Source of the DNA: an uncultured Patescibacteria group bacterium
Lineage (GTDB): Bacteria > Patescibacteriota > Microgenomatia > UBA1400 > PJMF01
Length of the DNA stretch: 64,000 nucleotides
Direction of reading: 5' to 3'
Assembly: GCA_905478415.1 (NCBI GenBank)
Contig: CAJQIG010000002.1
Span: 186,699 to 250,698 of the forward strand
Shown: positions 47,052 through 56,379 of the stretch, piece by piece
Numbering within the stretch: the first letter of the stretch is position 1
How the letters are laid out: each line of letters begins with the position of its first letter
Notes under the pieces: model-generated
The model's input: only the letters and a program-made list of their open reading frames with translations
Told to the model about the DNA's origin: nothing
Databases searched by the model: none
Program-made: the position numbers and the translations under genes

Positions 47052-47513
47052 ATGAACGTGACCGTCAATTGGTGGAGATCATTAATTTTTGTAGCACTGA
47101 TGATGATGACAACTCTACTCTGTGTTCAAGGTGCGGAGTTTACAATTCACAGGACAATTCCTGCGAATTCATACAAGCAGTTAAATCGGGGTTATGTGTA
47201 TACCACAGAGTCTGGTGAACCTGTTTCGATGGAGTTATATTCGGACTCAGAGTTTGTGATTGAGTGTGATGGAGAAATACCGGCTGACAACCCTAATGGG
47301 CTTGAAGGTATTCCTCAGACTTCATACTTTAATTTCAAACAAACAGTGACTTGTGAGAGGTTCATTGTGTTGATTGGCTACCCATATCTCAACGCTCCAG
47401 GAATTGTTCAAGGGAATGATATTGTTCCCTTCAATAATATTTTTGGGATGATTATCTTGGGTTTGGTACTGATGGCTCTTTGGTTCTGTCTCTGTTTTGT
47501 TTGGAAGAGGTAA
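47052..47513 (+). CDS. Membrane protein, hypothetical
   Basis: N- and C-terminal TM helices, 153 aa. Confidence 0.4.
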   Translation: MNVTVNWWRSLIFVALMMMTTLLCVQGAEFTIHRTIPANSYKQLNRGYVYTTESGEPVSMELYSDSEFVIECDGEIPADNPNGLEGIPQTSYFNFKQTVTCERFIVLIGYPYLNAPGIVQGNDIVPFNNIFGMIILGLVLMALWFCLCFVWKR

Positions 47514-47575
47514 CGCACTAAAGTTGGTGTAGAAGATATTGTTATATAGCAGCCCGGTTTATTCGGGCTGCTTTT

Positions 47576-48394
47576 TTATCCTAAATGCGCAAGTACCACT
47601 CCAGCTTGTTGTAATATAGTTTCCCCATCGAGCATGCTATAGCCCTCAGAAAAATACAGTTTTGAGATACCACTACATGCAATCAATTTTGCGCACACAG
47701 GGCAAGGAAAAGTGGTGACATACAGTTCGGCGCCATCGAGCGACAGTCCTTTTTTAGCCGCATCTGCAATCAGGGCAGCTTCGGCATGAATAGCGGTAGA
47801 AAGATCGATGTGTTCACCTTTGTGGAATGAATTGCGAGGGTCACTGTCAATGTATGGCGTGTAGGGAGAGGGCAAATGATGGTTGTGAGTTACCGAAATA
47901 ATCTCTCCCTTTTGAACCAGAGCGCAGCCAACTTGGCGCCACCAATCACTACTATGCTCAGCCACTTCAAATGTTGCTGCAGTTATGGAATCTGGTTCAT
48001 GTTGAGTTAGAGTGTTATCTCGATTCCACCGTAAAAATGTTTGGTTATATGTTATTTGCGCTTTTGAAAGTTTTTTTTCTGCCAGCCATAGGAAGATATC
48101 TTCATCTGGAAGTATGAGTTGTTGATTTTCAATAGCTAGTTGTTGGAGTTTTTTGGGATCTAAGAGAGAGATGTTTTTCTTGGGGAAGATTGCTCTGAGG
48201 CTTGTTAGGGCATTTTCTGGAGAGAGGGCTCTAATTTCTTTTCGCAAGTAATCAAAGTGGGTATCAATAAGTGCAATCATTTTTTCATCTAAGATATACA
48301 CAGTTGTTTCGTCAGTCAGTTGGGATACGAAGTCAAGATATCCTTTATGGAGAACGGGAAGGTAGAGAAGTGCTGCTGTTTTTGGAGTTGGCAT
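47576..48394 (-). CDS. dCMP/cytidine deaminase-domain protein with ~150 aa N-terminal extension
   Basis: C-terminal HAEAALIADAAKKG ... TTFPCPVCAKLI (HAE...PCxxC zinc site). N-terminal domain unassigned. Confidence 0.75.
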   Translation of the reverse strand: MPTPKTAALLYLPVLHKGYLDFVSQLTDETTVYILDEKMIALIDTHFDYLRKEIRALSPENALTSLRAIFPKKNISLLDPKKLQQLAIENQQLILPDEDIFLWLAEKKLSKAQITYNQTFLRWNRDNTLTQHEPDSITAATFEVAEHSSDWWRQVGCALVQKGEIISVTHNHHLPSPYTPYIDSDPRNSFHKGEHIDLSTAIHAEAALIADAAKKGLSLDGAELYVTTFPCPVCAKLIACSGISKLYFSEGYSMLDGETILQQAGVVLAHLG

Positions 48395-48954
48395 TAGTGA
48401 TGACTTTTAAGTTCTTCAAGTATTTCTTCCATGGCTGAAATAACTTTGTGAGATAATGTTTTACTAATTTTTTTAGCCATTCCAAGTTGGACAAGGCGTA
48501 GTTTGGCACTGGTTGAAGTGGTCGCCATAGGATCAAGCACAACTACTTCACCACAGATTTTTTTGAGTTTAGTCAGTTGCACTTTAGAATAAGTTTCTTT
48601 AGTGGTGATTAACACATTCGGTGAGATGAGACGAATCAGTTCCCATTTGGGTTCTGTTAGGTTTTTAATAACTGCATGATCAACGGCGGTAATGTAGGTA
48701 ACCATTTCGAGTCGTTCAGTTTCTGGGACAATGGGTCGATCTGGACCCTTTCGCTTCTTAATTTTTTCATCCGAATCAATCCCCACAAACAGGACATCAC
48801 CATAGGTTTTGGCAGTAGTCAGGTAGCGACCGTGTCCAATATGAAGCATATCAAAGGAGCCTTGTGTAAGGATAATTTTTTTACCTGCCTTGCGGTAGTG
48901 CTCGGCTAGTTGGGCAATATCGGAGTAATCGTTGACCATTTTTTCTTCGTTCAT
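48394..48954 (-). CDS. Cytidylyl/adenylyltransferase (HldE domain II / TagD-like)
   Basis: ILTQGSFDMLHIGHGRYL ... VGIDSDEKIKKRKGPDRPI matches the (H/T)xGH nucleotidyltransferase fold of ADP-heptose synthase domain II. Confidence 0.7.
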   Translation of the reverse strand: MNEEKMVNDYSDIAQLAEHYRKAGKKIILTQGSFDMLHIGHGRYLTTAKTYGDVLFVGIDSDEKIKKRKGPDRPIVPETERLEMVTYITAVDHAVIKNLTEPKWELIRLISPNVLITTKETYSKVQLTKLKKICGEVVVLDPMATTSTSAKLRLVQLGMAKKISKTLSHKVISAMEEILEELKSHH

Positions 48955-49013
48955 AGTACGTATCGTAGCATGCCGAAATCGTTTTGTCAGAGAATCTGTG
49001 GTAGAGTACTGGT

Positions 49014-49523
49014 ATGAAAGTTACCTTAATCGCAGCTGTCACCATTGATGGTTTTATTGCTCGGGATGATGTCCATTTATCTACTCGTTGGACTAGTAAA
49101 GAAGACACTCGTTTTTTTAGAAGGTTGTCTGCTAAAGTCGGCCATATGGTAGTTGGTTCAAAAACCTTTAAAACATTTGATAGAAAAATGGCTGGGCGAA
49201 AGATCTATGTGTACTCGCACAAACAAACAGTCGAAAATAGTTCTGAAAACGATATTGAGGTAGTGTCTGCCTCCCCCAAAAAATTTATTACAGACCTTGA
49301 ATCTAGGGGCGTTGCGGAAGTGCTGATCTGTGGTGGATCATCAATATATACTCTTTTTATGAAGGCAGGGGTTGTTGACCGGTTGTTGCTGACTCAAGAG
49401 TCTACTATTTTTGGAGCCGGTGTCCCGTTGTTTTCGGAGCCACTCAAGACAAAGGTCAGTTTAGATATTATTCACAACTTATCAGACCAAACAAAAGTTT
49501 TTGAGTATGAGGTGATGAAATGA
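49014..49523 (+). CDS. Dihydrofolate-reductase-family (RibD C-terminal domain) protein
   Basis: MKVTLIAAVTIDGFIARDD ... ICGGSSIY pattern of DHFR/RibD_C. Confidence 0.7.
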   Translation: MKVTLIAAVTIDGFIARDDVHLSTRWTSKEDTRFFRRLSAKVGHMVVGSKTFKTFDRKMAGRKIYVYSHKQTVENSSENDIEVVSASPKKFITDLESRGVAEVLICGGSSIYTLFMKAGVVDRLLLTQESTIFGAGVPLFSEPLKTKVSLDIIHNLSDQTKVFEYEVMK

Positions 49524-49960
49524 AAACATTAACCGTTACGTTTAAGCGTTTTGATACCTCTTTGCCAATTCCAGAATATAAAACTTCTGGAGCTGCAGCT
49601 TTTGATTTATATGCTCGTGAGGAAACAACGATCGCGGCTGGAAAAATTGGCTACATTCCACTCAATATTGCTTTACAGTTGCCCGAAGAGTACTGGGCAT
49701 TGGTATCGGCACGGAGTTCACTGCATAAACGCGGGCTACTTTTAGCCAATGGTATTGGTGTGGGAGACTATGACTTTAGAGGGCCGAACGATGAATATAA
49801 GGCTCCAGTTCTTAATTTTTCTGATGTTGAAGTGACTATCGAAAAGGGTGAGCGGGTAGTGCAGATGATTATTATGCATCGTCACCCAGTTTCTCTTGTC
49901 GAGCTGAAAGAATTTGAGGGTCAAAATCGTGGGGGATTTGGTACCACTGGTCGTAAATAA
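49520..49960 (+). CDS. dut: dUTP diphosphatase
   Basis: Trimeric dUTPase motifs (SGAAAFDLYA, GVGDYDFRGP), overlapping the DHFR-like gene by 4 bp. Confidence 0.85.
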   Translation: MKTLTVTFKRFDTSLPIPEYKTSGAAAFDLYAREETTIAAGKIGYIPLNIALQLPEEYWALVSARSSLHKRGLLLANGIGVGDYDFRGPNDEYKAPVLNFSDVEVTIEKGERVVQMIIMHRHPVSLVELKEFEGQNRGGFGTTGRK

Positions 49961-50103
49961 GTAGGTTACATATCCATTCTGTACATTTTTTGTTCAATAC
50001 TGCTCAATGTGCCCATACGGCTTCTTTTCATTTTGGGAGAGACACGAAATGTGGTAATTTAGAGCTTGCACACCCACTACATCTTGTGGTTTTATTGTAA
50101 GGT

Positions 50104-51114
50104 ATGTCTGCCGCAATTACGAAAGAAATCCGCCACACTTATTCACTTTCTGAGTCAGAATCTCTTTGGAAAAATGAGAAACCAGACCTGATTGTTTTCT
50201 CTTCTTCGAGTGTCCGCAAGGCACTCATTTTTTCTTGGGCACTGCATGATTTTTCTTTTGATCATGTTGATCAAATGGGTCTGACGATCAAAGGGCCAGG
50301 GTTAAAAGGTCTTACAACTCCAGCTGAGATTCAAGAGTATTTCAATACTTATATCTATAATGGTGATATGGCCCTTCGGCAACAAGTTTGCCTAGGTGAA
50401 TTCGAAGGGGTCCCCGTTTGGGCGTACCCTCAAACAACTGAATCAGATAAAAATGATGATCCCATAGCCGAGGCTCGTAACAAAGCAACTGCTTTTGCAG
50501 ATCAATTTGCTGGTCGAAATGTTTTTTTTATTGCCAGTGATGTGGTGGGCACATCTTCTAACTTTATTGATGAAGTAGGTACACAAATTAAAATGGGCAA
50601 GCCAATAAACTTTAGATCCAGTTTAGAGGTAGAAGCTGCAGAACAGGGATCTCAGACACCGTTATGGGAATCTCCCGAAGCCTTCATTGCTTGGTATAAG
50701 GAGGTTGTGTTTGAAGTTAACTCTACTTTAGGACACATTTCTGGAGTAGTCGTACTTGATGCAGCAGAACACCAACTGTATGCCACCGAAGTTGAACTGT
50801 ACCATCAGCTTTCAGCCGAACTACACCAACACTTAGAAGTGTTATCCGATGCGGGTTTAGGCGGTGCTTGGCAGCAGATACAAGCGTATTTACAAGATTC
50901 TTTAACCTTGCTGGGAGATGCTGTTGTAGACATTATCCCAACTCACGCTGATCCAGACGAAGAAACTACAGAACAGCTAGTCTTTGCTCATATGATTGGG
51001 GTTCAAGTTCTGGCATTTTTAGAACTTTTAGTGGGCGTACAGCGAGATGAAGTAGCGGTGCTCTCGGCAAAGAAACCAGTACAAAATCTTATTTTTGATG
51101 GGGAGAGTCGCTAA
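50104..51114 (+). CDS. Hypothetical protein (nucleotide-metabolism neighbourhood)
   Basis: 336 aa, no recognised motif. Its stop overlaps the start of the next gene (TAATG). Confidence 0.45.
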   Translation: MSAAITKEIRHTYSLSESESLWKNEKPDLIVFSSSSVRKALIFSWALHDFSFDHVDQMGLTIKGPGLKGLTTPAEIQEYFNTYIYNGDMALRQQVCLGEFEGVPVWAYPQTTESDKNDDPIAEARNKATAFADQFAGRNVFFIASDVVGTSSNFIDEVGTQIKMGKPINFRSSLEVEAAEQGSQTPLWESPEAFIAWYKEVVFEVNSTLGHISGVVVLDAAEHQLYATEVELYHQLSAELHQHLEVLSDAGLGGAWQQIQAYLQDSLTLLGDAVVDIIPTHADPDEETTEQLVFAHMIGVQVLAFLELLVGVQRDEVAVLSAKKPVQNLIFDGESR

Positions 51115-51860
51115 TGTCACATCCATTTATTGAAGCTCGGGAAAAGGTCGATGAAATGCGTCGTCAAGCTAATTTACTCGAGGCTGTTGATCAGTTTGCA
51201 GCTCCCGAATTTTTACTTTCAATGGCAGTTACCGAGTTGCACGAGTATGCTCAGGAACAAGAAAAATATGGAACTCCAAACTACGATGTAGTAGCTACCA
51301 ATGGTGAGTTTGATGATATTGCTGTTTTCTTTTTTTCTTGGATCCAAACGTATGCCGCTAACGTCGATATGTTGCAAACAATTCATTCTGCTAATGGCTA
51401 TGGCAGTCATTCTGCAGCATTAGAGCAGTTGGGCCCCGTTATTCAAGATGCCGCAGATGATCTGCGAGCAGTTCCAGAAGTTATTACTCGGTTAGCTTCG
51501 ATTGGTATGCACATGCCAGTTCCGTATGTAGCTTTTGAAGGTATGGACAGGACAGTGAATAAAGTGCTTTCAAACCGTCCACCAGCGTTATATTCAGTCT
51601 TTTGCCCTAGTAAAGGTAGAGAATTGAAGGATGAGGAGTTAGTACGCAAGTACCAGCATTTGGAGAAGGGGACGCGCATGATTCGTAACAAGGTGGGGCG
51701 AACCTTGCAACCTGCAGATTGGCAGCCATACTATCAACAGTTGGTTGGTTGGACTCAGTCAGAAACGAACTTAACAGTACTCCAGCATCAACTGGCTCAA
51801 GGGATGCCGGTTACGCCAGTTCAATTAGAGAATGCTAAAACAAAGCTGTATACTAGCTAA
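51114..51860 (+). CDS. Hypothetical protein, possible MazG-like all-alpha NTP pyrophosphohydrolase
   Basis: ELHEY (ExxE) ... EFDDIA (ExxD) with MazG-like spacing. Weak. Confidence 0.35.
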   Translation: MSHPFIEAREKVDEMRRQANLLEAVDQFAAPEFLLSMAVTELHEYAQEQEKYGTPNYDVVATNGEFDDIAVFFFSWIQTYAANVDMLQTIHSANGYGSHSAALEQLGPVIQDAADDLRAVPEVITRLASIGMHMPVPYVAFEGMDRTVNKVLSNRPPALYSVFCPSKGRELKDEELVRKYQHLEKGTRMIRNKVGRTLQPADWQPYYQQLVGWTQSETNLTVLQHQLAQGMPVTPVQLENAKTKLYTS

Positions 51861-51902
51861 AAGTAAATAAAAATCAATAGAGTTGTGTAACGGAGGGAAC
51901 GT

Positions 51903-52544
51903 ATGAACGAGTCTACAAATAAAGGCTTTTTGCTTACGCTTGAAGGTGGTGAGGGTGGTGGAAAGACCACACAGATAGTGCGCCTCAAAGATCGCTTATT
52001 CAAAGAGGGTAAAGATGTGGTGGTGCTTCGTGAGCCGGGTGGAACGGTTATCAGTGAGCAAATTCGAGATGTAGTGTTATCTTCAAAAAATATTGGTATT
52101 GCCTTTACAGCAGAGGTACTTTTATTTCAGGCTGCTCGGGCACAAATTTATCGAGAAATTGTTTTGCCCTCACTTGAAGCTGGCAAGATAGTCATTATGG
52201 ATCGCTCGCGCGACAGCTCTGTAGTCTATCAAGGCATGGTCCGAGGTTTCGGGAAAGATATGATTGAAAAACTCAACGACCTCTCAACGAGAGATACTTA
52301 TCCAGATGCAACATTTTTACTTGATTTACCAGCTGAAATCGGATTACAAAGAAGACAGGAATCTGGCAAGCTTGATCGTTTAGATATGGAAGGAAATGAG
52401 TTTCATTTCAAAATTCGAAAAGCATATCTTGAGCTTGCCGAAAGCGATACTACTGGTCGATGGCAGGTGATTGATGCTTCAAAGTCTCTCGAAGAAGTTG
52501 AGGCTGCTTTGTGGAAAAAAACAAAACAAGTATTGGGTTTATAA
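51903..52544 (+). CDS. tmk: Thymidylate kinase
   Basis: P-loop LEGGEGGGKTT, DRxxxS and LID region. Confidence 0.9.
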   Translation: MNESTNKGFLLTLEGGEGGGKTTQIVRLKDRLFKEGKDVVVLREPGGTVISEQIRDVVLSSKNIGIAFTAEVLLFQAARAQIYREIVLPSLEAGKIVIMDRSRDSSVVYQGMVRGFGKDMIEKLNDLSTRDTYPDATFLLDLPAEIGLQRRQESGKLDRLDMEGNEFHFKIRKAYLELAESDTTGRWQVIDASKSLEEVEAALWKKTKQVLGL

Positions 52545-52584
52545 GCGTCTTCTCTTATAGATCGTTAGAGACTATCATGGTTCT

Positions 52585-53979
52585 ATGGTAGAAAAAAATT
52601 CACACGTTGCTAGCTTAGAAGAAGATGCACCTTCTGTAGAAGAAGAGTATGCGTCTTTTTCATTTTTGGCAACTACTTCACCAGATCAAACGTTTCGAGT
52701 AGCTCAAGAGCATCTAGAAGAAATTTTTGGAGATTTAACTGATAAAAAAGGTCGCAATCTATTGGAACACTATGGTGAAGCCGAGTGTTTATCTGTTTTG
52801 GCTCGGGTAGAGTATATTGCTCAAGAATTGCAAGCTGCGCTAGTTGACTCAGATATTTTAGAAAGTGAGTCAATTAGGAGCGCTGTTTCTGACAAAGTAG
52901 TCGAAAAAGTTCGTCGGTTTTTAATTGATCTTACGCCTTTGGGAAGTACTGCTCCAGATGCTGTTTGGTCTGAGTATGCTCCACAAGTTCGGGAACATGA
53001 TACGGAACGTGCGAAGAAATATGGATATGAGAGTGGGGGTGTCTACCTGAATCCCGAATGGGATCAGCTTGATCGTGCTTCTGAAAAAAGTAAGAACCAA
53101 CCAGAAACTCGGCAAGAAATTAATTTTTATCAGCGTTTGTTAACGCACGTGATGATGACTACTATTTTTGTTGAGAAGTTGGGAACTCAAATCAATGCGG
53201 TTCTAGAGCTAGCAAATCGTGATGGAACTGCCTTGGATGAAGGTGCGTTTGGTTACCTGAAAGAGAAGAATGGCCAGTATCGCACCATTGATCTTAATCG
53301 GATGAAGGTGCGAATGTTAGTGCACGATATTGGTCGTTGGGCGACGCATCACCCGGTTCTGCACGAAACGCTACCTGACTTACTAGCACATTATTTAGGA
53401 GTGACACCGCCCCTAATTCAATATGAATTCAATCATCAAGAGCGGTATTTCTCAGGAACAGTAGATACGGTGAATCCTCAAAACATACCGATTGAAGAAT
53501 CTCTGTTTCACTTTATTGATTTTATTGCGAAGCGTGATGATGAAAGCGATCTTGAGTCGGTAAAAGTTCGTCGCTTAGACCAATTGGCAGAACATGCTAT
53601 TGCTCGAGCCTCTGGATACAATGGTAAGCTTAAGGAATTTTGGGAGGCACAGCTGCGAATGCGGTTAGAGGGGGGCACGTTATCTCTTGAAGATTTAATT
53701 CGGAAAGCCTTGGAAATACTGAGTGATTCACATGACCCGGGTCAGGCAGAGTTCTATAAGATGGAGCTGCAGTTTCTGCAAAATATTTTGCCTTTTTTAG
53801 GAACACAAAAAGAACCAGGTTTATTTCAAACAGTCGGAACTTCTCTTGAGGAACAGATTGCGTTTGGAGAGCAGGAATTTGAACAACAGATCGATTCGGG
53901 TGAATTGCTTGGATATCAAGATATTCCGGTCAGTAGCGTAGTTGCTACTTCTATTACCACTGCTTTAACTGGAAAGTAA
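52585..53979 (+). CDS. HD-domain protein, hypothetical
   Basis: LVHDIGRW HD motif in a 464 aa protein. Confidence 0.4.
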   Translation: MVEKNSHVASLEEDAPSVEEEYASFSFLATTSPDQTFRVAQEHLEEIFGDLTDKKGRNLLEHYGEAECLSVLARVEYIAQELQAALVDSDILESESIRSAVSDKVVEKVRRFLIDLTPLGSTAPDAVWSEYAPQVREHDTERAKKYGYESGGVYLNPEWDQLDRASEKSKNQPETRQEINFYQRLLTHVMMTTIFVEKLGTQINAVLELANRDGTALDEGAFGYLKEKNGQYRTIDLNRMKVRMLVHDIGRWATHHPVLHETLPDLLAHYLGVTPPLIQYEFNHQERYFSGTVDTVNPQNIPIEESLFHFIDFIAKRDDESDLESVKVRRLDQLAEHAIARASGYNGKLKEFWEAQLRMRLEGGTLSLEDLIRKALEILSDSHDPGQAEFYKMELQFLQNILPFLGTQKEPGLFQTVGTSLEEQIAFGEQEFEQQIDSGELLGYQDIPVSSVVATSITTALTGK

Positions 53980-54022
53980 TTAACTCTTGGCTAAGCTGGC
54001 GATAACTTGTAGGATGTGGGCT

Positions 54023-54637
54023 ATGAGTTCAATCAAATTACCACGAGCAGTCACCGATTTAGTCGATAGTTTTGAAAAACTGCCAGGTGTTGGGCCAAAA
54101 TCTGCCCAGCGACTAGTTTTTTATTTACTGCATAATCCTGAGCGCGAGTTAGAATCTTTTGCTGAGAATTTGTTGAAGCTTAAAAAGAATACTGTTCTTT
54201 GTGAGCAGTGCCATAATGTCAGTGAAACAAATCCGTGTCCCATTTGTGCAGACGAGAGTCGCGATGACAGTATGCTCTGCATAGTAGAGCAACCACTTGA
54301 TGTGTTGGCTCTTGAGCGCTCAGATGCGTATAAGGGGCGGTACCATGTACTGCATGGTTCTATAGCCCCTCTCAACAACATTGGGCCCGAACAGTTGTAT
54401 TTGCACGACATTGTGAAGCGACTTGAGGGAGTAGCTGAGATTGTGTTAGCTACAAACCCCACCATGGAGGGGGAGGCCACGGCACTCTATATTACGGAGT
54501 ACTTAACGCAAGCCAGTGTTCCTACTACTGAGATTGTGATGACCAGAATCGGCCATGGGTTACCCATTGGGGCAGATATTGAGTACGCTGATGGCATGAC
54601 GCTCTCACGAGCTCTTGAGGGGCGCCGAAAAGTGTAA
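54023..54637 (+). CDS. recR: Recombination protein RecR
   Basis: HhH (LPGVGPKSAQRLVFYLL), C4 zinc finger (CEQCHNVSETNPCPIC) and Toprim. Start at the internal Met. The ORF opens at 53987. Confidence 0.85.
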   Translation: MSSIKLPRAVTDLVDSFEKLPGVGPKSAQRLVFYLLHNPERELESFAENLLKLKKNTVLCEQCHNVSETNPCPICADESRDDSMLCIVEQPLDVLALERSDAYKGRYHVLHGSIAPLNNIGPEQLYLHDIVKRLEGVAEIVLATNPTMEGEATALYITEYLTQASVPTTEIVMTRIGHGLPIGADIEYADGMTLSRALEGRRKV

Positions 54638-54838
54638 AACTAGCACTTTTTTCTGATGGTTTAGTACCCAGTTTGATTTCTTGCTGTTTTGGTTTTATTT
54701 GGTACTATATAAGTACATGGCGCAAGTCAAAACACATACTTCAATCCGCTGTTCTTTTGAAAGAAAGAGGCGGTTTTTTCGTTTACAGCTTGAATGAGTA
54801 GCAATACGTTTCACTTCGGTGAAATGGAAAGGGATACT

Positions 54839-55204
54839 ATGACAGTCATTGTCGAGTCCAAACGCATGAAAGTAACGAAGGCACTTCGGGACTTCATTGA
54901 GAAGCAAACTCAAAAAATAGTGAAACTCAATAAGAAGGCTACTCAGGTGCGCGTTCACCTCGAGACCAACCAGCGAAAATCAAACGATCCACTTTCGAAC
55001 GTGGTCACTTTTTTAGTTGAGATTCCTGGAAAAAACATTGTGATCACTAAGCATGCCGTCAACATGTACGATGCCATCGTCGATGCTGCAGCTGGAGCTG
55101 CCAGGCAACTTCGAAAAAAGCATGAGAAGCGAATGACAAATCAGAGAAATCAGCGCGCAACGGTAGCTTTGGAGGTTGAGGAAGAACCTGTCGCTGTAGG
55201 TTAG
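54839..55204 (+). CDS. hpf: Ribosome hibernation promoting factor / RaiA family
   Basis: MTVIVESKRMKVTKALRDFIEKQ ... typical HPF N-terminus. Alternative starts at 54794 or 54824. Confidence 0.7.
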   Translation: MTVIVESKRMKVTKALRDFIEKQTQKIVKLNKKATQVRVHLETNQRKSNDPLSNVVTFLVEIPGKNIVITKHAVNMYDAIVDAAAGAARQLRKKHEKRMTNQRNQRATVALEVEEEPVAVG

Positions 55205-55305
55205 GCTTGATTTAAACCTTCTCTCTAGAGTATCTTAAGGGTATGCCCATTTGGGTAGTACTTAATGTACGCGAAGGTAACTAACTAGACAAAAAAGGAC
55301 GTTTT

Positions 55306-55680
55306 ATGGCAGACGACGCACAAACACCACCAGCACAAGATGACAAAAATCCACTTGATGTTTTAGAAGAACTTTTAAAAGATTCTGGATCGGGAAGTGG
55401 TTCTGGCTCCAGTGGTGGAGCTGCACCAGCTAAAGAAGGTGAGCTCACAGAAGAAGAGCTTGCTCAAAAACGGCTCGAGTTTGAACAAAAGAAGGCTGAC
55501 CAGGCGGTGGTAGATACCGCAGACATTGAAAAGCAGAAGGCATTGCTTGAAACTATTACGCAAACACCAGCCTATCAGGCTCGGGTTCAACAGGAAGAAG
55601 CAGCTGTTGAACAAACAGTTAAAAATGAAGAAGCTGCTGTAGGTTTTGACATAAAACAGCTTGAGCACGATAAAATTTAA
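55306..55680 (+). CDS. Hypothetical acidic protein with Gly/Ser linker
   Basis: 124 aa with a SGSGSGSGSSGG tract. Confidence 0.4.
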   Translation: MADDAQTPPAQDDKNPLDVLEELLKDSGSGSGSGSSGGAAPAKEGELTEEELAQKRLEFEQKKADQAVVDTADIEKQKALLETITQTPAYQARVQQEEAAVEQTVKNEEAAVGFDIKQLEHDKI

Positions 55681-55713
55681 GTCGATTTTTAGATACAAGA
55701 ACGGAGAAACGGT

Positions 55714-56334
55714 ATGCCCGGTCCAAAACCAGGTGGTTCCAGCACAGCTATGCGTCCAGGCGGTGGATTTAATTCCATGCCAGGTGGCATGTCCGAACAT
55801 ATGGACGATGCAGCGCTGCAGAGCGCTATGACCCAGAAGGCTGGATCGCAACAAGCTGGTCAAATTTCACCTCAACAAATGGCGCAAGCTGCGGCTGGAT
55901 CGTCTCAACAACAAAAAAAACCTCCTCGCGAAGTGGGGACGATCGGTGAAGAACTCCAGAGAGTTGGAGCTGATTTATTTGAAGGTGTCAAAGATTTATT
56001 TAGTTTTTCTGCTTGGTTTGGTATTAACTCTGACACGCTTTCTCCAGATGAAAAGCAACGGATGAAAGTGGTTCATCAAAATTTTCAAAAACTTGACCAA
56101 GAACAGCAAGCATATGCTCGTCAAAAGTATCAGGAAGAGCAACAGCGCAAAAAGATGCAAGAAGAAGAGGCCCGCCAACGAAGACAACAAGAAGAAGCTG
56201 CCCAAAGTCAGATGGTGATGCCAAGTGGTCCAAGTAAGGGAGCCCAAGGACCTGGTGGCAGTAAGAAACAAAAAGCTACCCAGATGCTTCAGGATAAGCG
56301 CAAGAAGCTGGGTGGTCCGGGGGATGTGAATTAA
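55714..56334 (+). CDS. Hypothetical low-complexity Q/E-rich protein
   Basis: 206 aa, Gly-rich N-terminus, QQ/EE-rich coiled-coil-like C-terminus. Confidence 0.4.
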   Translation: MPGPKPGGSSTAMRPGGGFNSMPGGMSEHMDDAALQSAMTQKAGSQQAGQISPQQMAQAAAGSSQQQKKPPREVGTIGEELQRVGADLFEGVKDLFSFSAWFGINSDTLSPDEKQRMKVVHQNFQKLDQEQQAYARQKYQEEQQRKKMQEEEARQRRQQEEAAQSQMVMPSGPSKGAQGPGGSKKQKATQMLQDKRKKLGGPGDVN

Positions 56335-56379
56335 CGGTTTTTTGTTTCAATGTTATACTAAGCCCGCTGAAGGAAAAAT

